From positions 1 through 14,474 of the forward strand of contig NW_021825807.1 of the NCBI RefSeq assembly GCF_006345805.1: a stretch of DNA of 14,474 nucleotides, given 5' to 3'. How positions within the stretch are numbered: the stretch's first letter is position 1; each line of letters begins with the position of its first letter. Positions 8,001 to 14,474 of the stretch are shown one piece after another. Under the pieces are notes generated by a model that saw nothing but the letters and a program-made list of their open reading frames with translations, was not told the origin of the DNA and ran no database searches. The stretch is from Octopus sinensis. Lineage: Eukaryota. The position numbers and the translations under genes were made by a program.

Positions 8001-11000
8001 TGGTAACCAATAGGGAGCCGGGCAAGACCCTTAGAACCACGTTAAGGTATGAGTGTCTATGGTGTACTCAGTCACTTGCATGTTAATTTCACGAGCAGGC
8101 TGTTCCGTGGATCGGATCAACTGGAACCCTCATTGTGGTAACCAATAGGGAGCCGGGCTAGACCCTTAGAACCACGTTAAGGTATGAGTGTCTATGGTGT
8201 ACTCAGTCACTTGCATGTTAATTTCACGAGCAGGCTGTTCCGTGGATCGGATCAACTGGAACCCTCATTGTGGTAACCAATAGGGAGCCGGGCTAGACCC
8301 TTAGAACCACGTTAAGGTATGAGTGTCTATGGTGTACTCAGTCACTTACATGTTAATTTCACGAGCAGGCTGTTCCGTGGATCGGATCAACTGGAACCCT
8401 CATTGTGGTAACCAATAGGGAGCCGGGCGACCCTCAGAACCACGTTAAGGTATGAGTGTATATGGTGCCTCAGTCACTTGCATGTTAATTTCACGAGCAG
8501 GCTGTTCCGTGGATGGATCAACTGGAAACCCTCATTGTGGTAACCAATAGGGAGCCGGGCTAGACCCTTAGAAACACGTTAAGGTATGAGTGTCTATGGT
8601 GTCTACTCAGTCACTTGCATGTTAATTCACGAGCAGGCTTTCCGTGGATCGGATCAACGGGAACCCTCATTGTGGTAACCATAGGGAGCCGGGCTAGACC
8701 TTAGAACCACGTTAAGGTATGAGTGTCTATGGTGTACTCAGTCACTTGCATGTTAATTTCACGAGCAGGCTGTTCCGTGGATCGGATCAACTGGAACCCT
8801 CATTGTGGGTAACCAATAGGGAGCGGGCTAGACCCTAGAACCACGTTAAGGTATGAGTGTCTATGGTGTACTCAGTCACTTCATGTTAATTTCACGAGCA
8901 GGCTGTTCCGTGGATCGGATCAACTGGAACCCTCATTGTGGTAACCATAGGGAGCCGGGCTAGACCCTAGAACCATTAAGGTATGAGTGTCTATGGTGTA
9001 CTCAGTCATTGCATTAATTTCACGAGCAGGCTGTTCCGTGGATCGGATCAACTGGAACCCTCATTGTGGAACCAATAGGGAGCGGGGCAAGACCCTTAGA
9101 ACCACGTTAAGGTATGAGTGTCTATGGTGTACTCAGTCACTTGCATGTTAATTTCACGAGCAGGCTGTTCCGTGATCGATCAACTGGAACCCTCATTGTG
9201 GTAACCAATAGGGAGCCGGGCAAGCCCTTAGATTAAACCACGTTAAGGTATGAGTGTCTATGGTGTACTCAGCCACTTGCATGTTATTTCACGAGCAGGC
9301 TGTTCCGTGGATCGGATCAACTGGAACCTCATTGTTGTGGTAACCAATAGGGAGCCGGGCAAGACCCTTAGAACCACGTTAAGGTATGAGTGTCTATGGT
9401 GTACTCAGTCACTTGCACGTTAATTTCACGAGCAGGCTGTTCCGTTGATCGGATCAACTGGAACCCTCATTGTGGTAACAATAGGGAGCCGGGCTAGACC
9501 CTTAGAATTAACGTGTAAGGTAGTGTCTATGGTGTACTCAGTCACTTGCATGTTAATTTCACGAGCAGGCTGTTCCGTGGATCGGATCAACTGGAACCCT
9601 CATTGTGGTAACCAATAGGGAGCCGGGCAAGACCCTTAGAACACACGTTAAGGTATGAGTGTCTATGGTGTACTCAGTCACTTGCATGTTAATTTCACGC
9701 AGGCGTTGTTCGTGGATCGGATCAACTGGACCCCTCATTGTGGTAACCAATAGGGAGCGGGCTAGACCCTTAGAACCACGTTAAGGTATGAGTGTCTATG
9801 GTGTACTCAGCCACTTGCATGTTAATTTCACGAGCAGGCTGTTCCGTGGATCGGATCAACTGGAACCCTCATTGTGGTAACCAATAGGGAGCCGGGCTAG
9901 ACCCTTAGAACCACGTTAAGGTATGAGTGTCTATGGTGTACTCAGCCACTTGCATGTTAATTTCACGAGCAGGCTGTTCCGTGGATCGGATCAACTGGAA
10001 CCCTCATTGTGGTAACCAATAGGGAGCCGGGCTAGACCCTTAGAACCACGTTAAGGTATGAGTGTCTATGGTGTACTCAGTCACTTGCATGTTAATTTCA
10101 CGAGCAGGCTGTTCCGTGGATCGGATCAACTGGAACCCTCATTGTGGTAACCAATAGGGAGCCGGGCTAGACCCTTAGAACCACGTTAAGGTATGAGTGT
10201 CTATGGTGTACTCAGTCACTTGCACGTTAATTTCACGAGCAGGCTGTTCCGTGGATCGGATCAACTGGAACCCTCATTGTGGTAACCAATAGGGAGCCTG
10301 GCTAGACCCTTAGAACCACGTTAAGGTATGAGTGTCTATGGTGTACTCAGTCACTTGCATGTTAATTTCACGAGCAGGCTGTTCCGTGGATCGGATCAAC
10401 TGGAACCCTCATTGTGGTAACCAATAGGGAGCGGGCAAGACCCTTAGAACCACGTTAAGGTATGAGTGTCTATGGTTTTGTACTCAGTCACTTGCATGTT
10501 AATTTCACGAGCAGGCTGTTCCGTGGATCGGATCAACTGGAACCCTCATTGTGGTAACAATAGGGAGCGGGCTAGACCCTTAGAACCACGTTAAGGTATG
10601 AGTGTCTATGGTGTACTCGCCACTGCACGTTAATTTCACGAGCAGGTGTTCCGTGGATCGGATCAACAGCAACCCTCATTGTGGTAACCAATAGGGAGCC
10701 GGGCTAGACCCTTAGAACCACGTTAAGGTATGAGTGTCTATGGTGTACTCAGCCACTTGCATGTTAATTTCACGAGCAGGCTGTTCCGTGGATCGGATCA
10801 ACTGGAACCCTCATTGTGGTAACCAATAGGGAGCCGGGCTAGACCCTTAGAACCACGTTAAGGTATGAGTGTCTATGGTGTACTCAGCCACTTGCACGTT
10901 AATTTCACGAGCAGGCTGTTCCGTTGATCGGATCAACAGCAACCCTCATTGTGGTAACCAATAGGGAGCCGGGCTAGACCCTTAGAACCACGTTAAGGTA

Positions 11001-11082
11001 TGAGTGTCTATGGTGTACTCAGCCACTTGCATGTTAATTTCACGAGCAGGCTGTTCCGTTGATCGGATCAACTGGAACCCTC
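2053..11082 (+). repeat. SINE-derived tandem satellite, 135-bp monomer, 67 copies
   Basis: Consensus ATTGTGGTAACCAATAGGGAGCCGGGCTAGACCCTTAGAACCACGTTAAGGTATGAGTGTCTATGGTGTACTCAGTCACTTGCATGTTAATTTCACGAGCAGGCTGTTCCGTGGATCGGATCAACTGGAACCCTC. Clean units start at 10006, 10141 and 10276. I counted 67 monomer starts from 2053 to 10948. Confidence 0.98.
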
Positions 11083-11105
11083 GGCATCGCAACCAACGGA
11101 GTACT
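11083..11105 (+). mobile_element. 3' tail of the host SINE resuming after the array
   Basis: After the last GGAACCCTC the sequence reads GGCATCGCAACCAACGGAGTACT, resembling the tail at 1714-1740 rather than the monomer. Confidence 0.75.
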
Positions 11106-11137
11106 GGTAAAAGGTCAACCGCGATCATACAAACTCA

Positions 11138-11700
11138 TGTAGTAGTAGTAGTAGTAGTAGCAGCAGCAATTTCAGTAGTTGAGGTTGTTGACGGAATGGT
11201 TGGAGCTGGTGATGGTGGTGGTGGTGGTTGTGGTGGTGGTTTTGGTGATGGTGGTGCGACTGTTTTGTGCCTGTTGTAGTTGAGGAAGTAGTGGTAGCCG
11301 GTGGTGGCGGAGGTGGTTTCGGTGGTAGTGGAAGAAGCGGTGGAAGTGGGGGAGGTGGCTCTTGTTGCAGTTGTTGTTGGTGGTGGTGGCTGTGGTTGTG
11401 GTGGCTGTGGTTGTGGTGGTGGTGGTGTTGGTGGTAGTAGTGGTGGTGGTGGTGGTGGTGGTGATGGTAATGGTGGTGCGACTATTTTGTGCGTGTTGTA
11501 GTTGAGGAAGTAGTGGTAACCGGTGGTGGCGGAGGTGGTATCGGTGGTAGTGGAAGAAGCGGTGGAAGTGGGGGAGGTGGCTCTTGTTGCTGGCTTTGCT
11601 GTTGGTGGTGGTGGCGGTGGTTGTGGTGGTGGTGGTGTTGGTGGTATTAGTGGTGGTGGTGGTGGTGGTGGCTGGTAGAAGGAGCGGGTGGTGGTGTTGG
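11138..11700. repeat. (TAG)n/(GGT)n/(GTT)n low-complexity region with a 222-bp direct duplication
   Basis: Trinucleotide runs; 11249-11368 recurs at 11471-11590 with few substitutions. Confidence 0.92.
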
Positions 11701-11799
11701 AAGTGGTGGCGTGTTACAGTTGTAGAGAAGAATTTTATTGCTTTTGGAAATCAAGCAGCGATTAAACGAAACAAAACAAAATAAGCAAAATATTAAACA

Positions 11800-12751
11800 T
11801 CCATTTATATAGTGTGTGTGTATATAATTGTGTATATATGTGTGAGCATATAGATACATATATATATATATACATGTATACACACATATATATACACGCT
11901 TAAGACTGTTAAGTAGGAAAATATATTTATATAAAAATATAACTACACACGTAAACATATTTTAATATCACATATATATATATATATATATGTGTGTACA
12001 CATATGTATACATATGTATATATTAATATGTATATATACATATATATATTATATATATATATACATTTCTTCATATATATGTTGTATATTCATGTATATA
12101 TATATGTATATTATATATGTACATATATATACATATATATGTATACATATATGAACATACATATATGTATGTGTGTTTGTATTGAATTTAAATGTACATA
12201 TTGTACGTATATGTGTATCTGTATATATATATATATATATATATCATATATATATATGTAAATATAAATATACATATATATAACATATATATTCATATAT
12301 GTATATATATATGTATATATATATAATTATATATAATATATATATATATATATTATATTCATATATGTATATATATATGATATCTATATATATATATATA
12401 TTCATATATGTATATATATATGTATATAATATATTATATATATATATATAATATATATATATAATATATATATATATATTAATATATATTATATATATAT
12501 ATATATATATTATATATGTATAATGTATATATGTATATATACGTGTATTTATCGCCCTGTATGCAAATCTGTTGAAACGTGTGAACACATGATATACTGC
12601 AACGATTATCTGTGAATTAAGCTCATCCATATTCATGCAAATATGCTTTATCTCCTAAAAAATAAGTATATTATTGTGTATATACACACGCGTATATATA
12701 CATTATAATATACATATGTATACACACATATATATACATATATATATATAC

Positions 12752-12801
<50 letters not shown>

Positions 12802-13065
12802 TAAATATATATATATGTACATGTAGATATGTAAAAAAATATAAAGAGTTGTATGTATATATATGTGTGTATACATATGTATATATATATGTAGGTATAT
12901 ACACATTTTCCATGTGTTCATAGTTGCATAATTATGCATATACGCATGTATAAGTTTATATACATACCTATTGGTTTTATAGATAGAAAAATTTCTATGA
13001 ATATCTATACATCTGAATGTATATCTATGAATCTCTCCATATCTCCATATATATACATGTATATA

Positions 13066-13135
<70 letters not shown>

Positions 13136-13210
13136 TATATCTGTATATATATATATATATATATGTATATTATATATGTAAATATATATATATATATATA
13201 ATATATATAT

Positions 13211-13246
<36 letters not shown>

Positions 13247-13790
13247 GTATATATACGTATATATGTAAATCATTTTATATATATCTTTGCAATGAAATCT
13301 AATGAAATGTATATATATAACTTTGTTTTTGCAGTGTATATGTGTATTTATGTATATATGTTATATATATATATATAGATATGTGCGTGGGTGCTTATAC
13401 ATACATACTTCTTACATGTATATATATATATATTCCAATATACGCATCATTATATATATATGCATATTGTTATAGGTGTCTATCTACACACACGCACACA
13501 CACACACATACACACACATATATATATGCGTACTCACACATCTAACCATAACTGCACGCACTCACGCACGCATATATACGCATACACACATATGTAGCGT
13601 TTTGTGTTTACATATGTATATGTATATTCATTTGTATTCATAATCACGTACAGACAAATACACACACACAGATATATAGCATACACGCACATGCATACAT
13701 ACATACATACGCACTTATCTATGTATTGATACAGCTATACAGTGACACACACACACACACTCACACATACAATCACAGACACATATAAGC
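11800..13790. repeat. Long degenerate (TA)n/(TG)n/(CA)n microsatellite field with short complex islands
   Basis: Directly visible; source of all the IY-repeat ORFs. Confidence 0.95.
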
Positions 13791-13797
13791 GTATATT

Positions 13798-13999
13798 CTC
13801 TTATTCGCTGCTGTTATTTGGACGGGGCCATGCTGGAGCACCGCCTTTCTAGTCGAGCAGACCGACTCCAGGACTTATTCTTTGTAAACTTGGTACTTAT
13901 TTTATCGGTCTATTTTGGCGAACTGCTAAGTTACTGGGAACGTAAACACACCATTATTGGTTGTCAAGTGATGGTGGAGGGATAAATGCAGACACACAA
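13798..13999 (-). mobile_element. 3' half of an Octopus-type SINE
   Basis: GGCCATGCTGGAGCACCGCCTT..AGTCGAGCA..CCAGGACTTATTCTTTGTAA..GTACTTATT..ATCGGTC..GCTAAGTTAC..GTAAACACACC matches my recollection of the 3' half of the SINE whose 5' half is at 1-130; no promoter boxes in this piece. Confidence 0.65.
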
Positions 14000-14114
14000 A
14001 TATATATAATATATATACATATATATATATAGATCATATATATATATAAATAAATAAATATATATATTTATATAGTCATACATATATATATACATATATT
14101 TACATATATATATA

Positions 14115-14328
14115 TCTTTACTGCCCACAAGGGGCTAAACATAGAGGGGACAAACAAGGACAAAGGAATCACAATGACCCCAGTTAAAAATGGTACTTTA
14201 TTTATCGACCCCGAAAGGATGAAAGGCAAACTCGACCTCGGCGGAATTTGAACTCAGAACGTAACGACAGACGAAATACCGCTAAACATTTCGCCCGGTG
14301 CGCTAACGTTTCTGCCAGCTCGCCACCT
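14115..14328 (-). mobile_element. Near full-length tRNA-derived SINE of a different family
   Basis: Minus strand: A-box-like TGGCAGAAACGTTAG (14303-14317), B box GAGTTCAAATTCC (14243-14255), then GCCTTTCATCCTTTCGGGGTCGATAAATAAAGTACC, a central-domain motif I recall from many metazoan SINEs. Flanked by (TA)n. Confidence 0.85.
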
Positions 14329-14474
14329 TTATATATTTATATTTATATATATAATATATATACATATATATATTTATGTATACATACATATATATACACA
14401 TATATATATTTTTATCTATAAGTTAGAAGTTCGTGTTGGTGTTATGCCTAGGGTGCCATTATTTGGTTTTGTAC

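Noticed and set aside
2053-11082. CRISPR array
   Set aside because: No unique spacers; the whole 135-bp unit repeats; eukaryotic context with no cas genes.
2053-11082. Retrozyme-type satellite (hammerhead or twister in each monomer)
   Set aside because: No CUGANGA on either strand; the minus strand has only CUGAGUA, lacking the essential G8. A twister-like UAA...GAGGG layout on the minus strand lacks the GC needed for the second pseudoknot and has wrong loop sizes.
2912-11279. ORFs in the array (MSMVYSVTCMLISRAGCSVDRINWNP...)
   Set aside because: The 135-bp unit has stops; the longer ORFs exist only because of sporadic indels and resemble no protein I recognise.
11138-11784. Gly/Val-rich or Pro/Thr-rich (mucin-like) coding exon
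   Set aside because: Open frames follow from (GGT)n composition; several frames are equally open, with no splice or domain evidence.
11647-13597. IY/HT-repeat ORFs (also 980-1645)
   Set aside because: Translations of (TA)n/(CA)n microsatellites.
14423-14474. Complex sequence at the window end
   Set aside because: Too short to classify.

Overview
Repeat-dominated, AT-rich eukaryotic non-genic DNA. The SINE types and the (TA)n/(CA)n density resemble an Octopus/cephalopod genome; this is inferred from recalled repeat motifs, not from a search. No intact host gene is supported. 1-1750: a SINE fragment, two oppositely oriented fragments of a Penelope-like retroelement (one has a clear Cys-rich linker plus GIY-YIG endonuclease) and a perfect 77-bp-arm palindrome carrying two back-to-back minimal hammerhead ribozyme motifs, all separated by microsatellites. 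1754-11105: one tRNA-derived SINE split by a 9.03-kb tandem array of 67 copies of a 135-bp monomer derived from the SINE's own 3' half. The array contains a hidden 25-monomer (~3.4 kb) block duplication. 11138-14474: (GGT)n low-complexity DNA with a 222-bp duplication, long degenerate (TA)n tracts and two more SINE pieces. Nearly all ORFs in the supplied track are translations of microsatellite or satellite DNA; only 322..609(-), 569..787(-) and partly 1635..1838(+) reflect real but decayed retroelement coding sequence.
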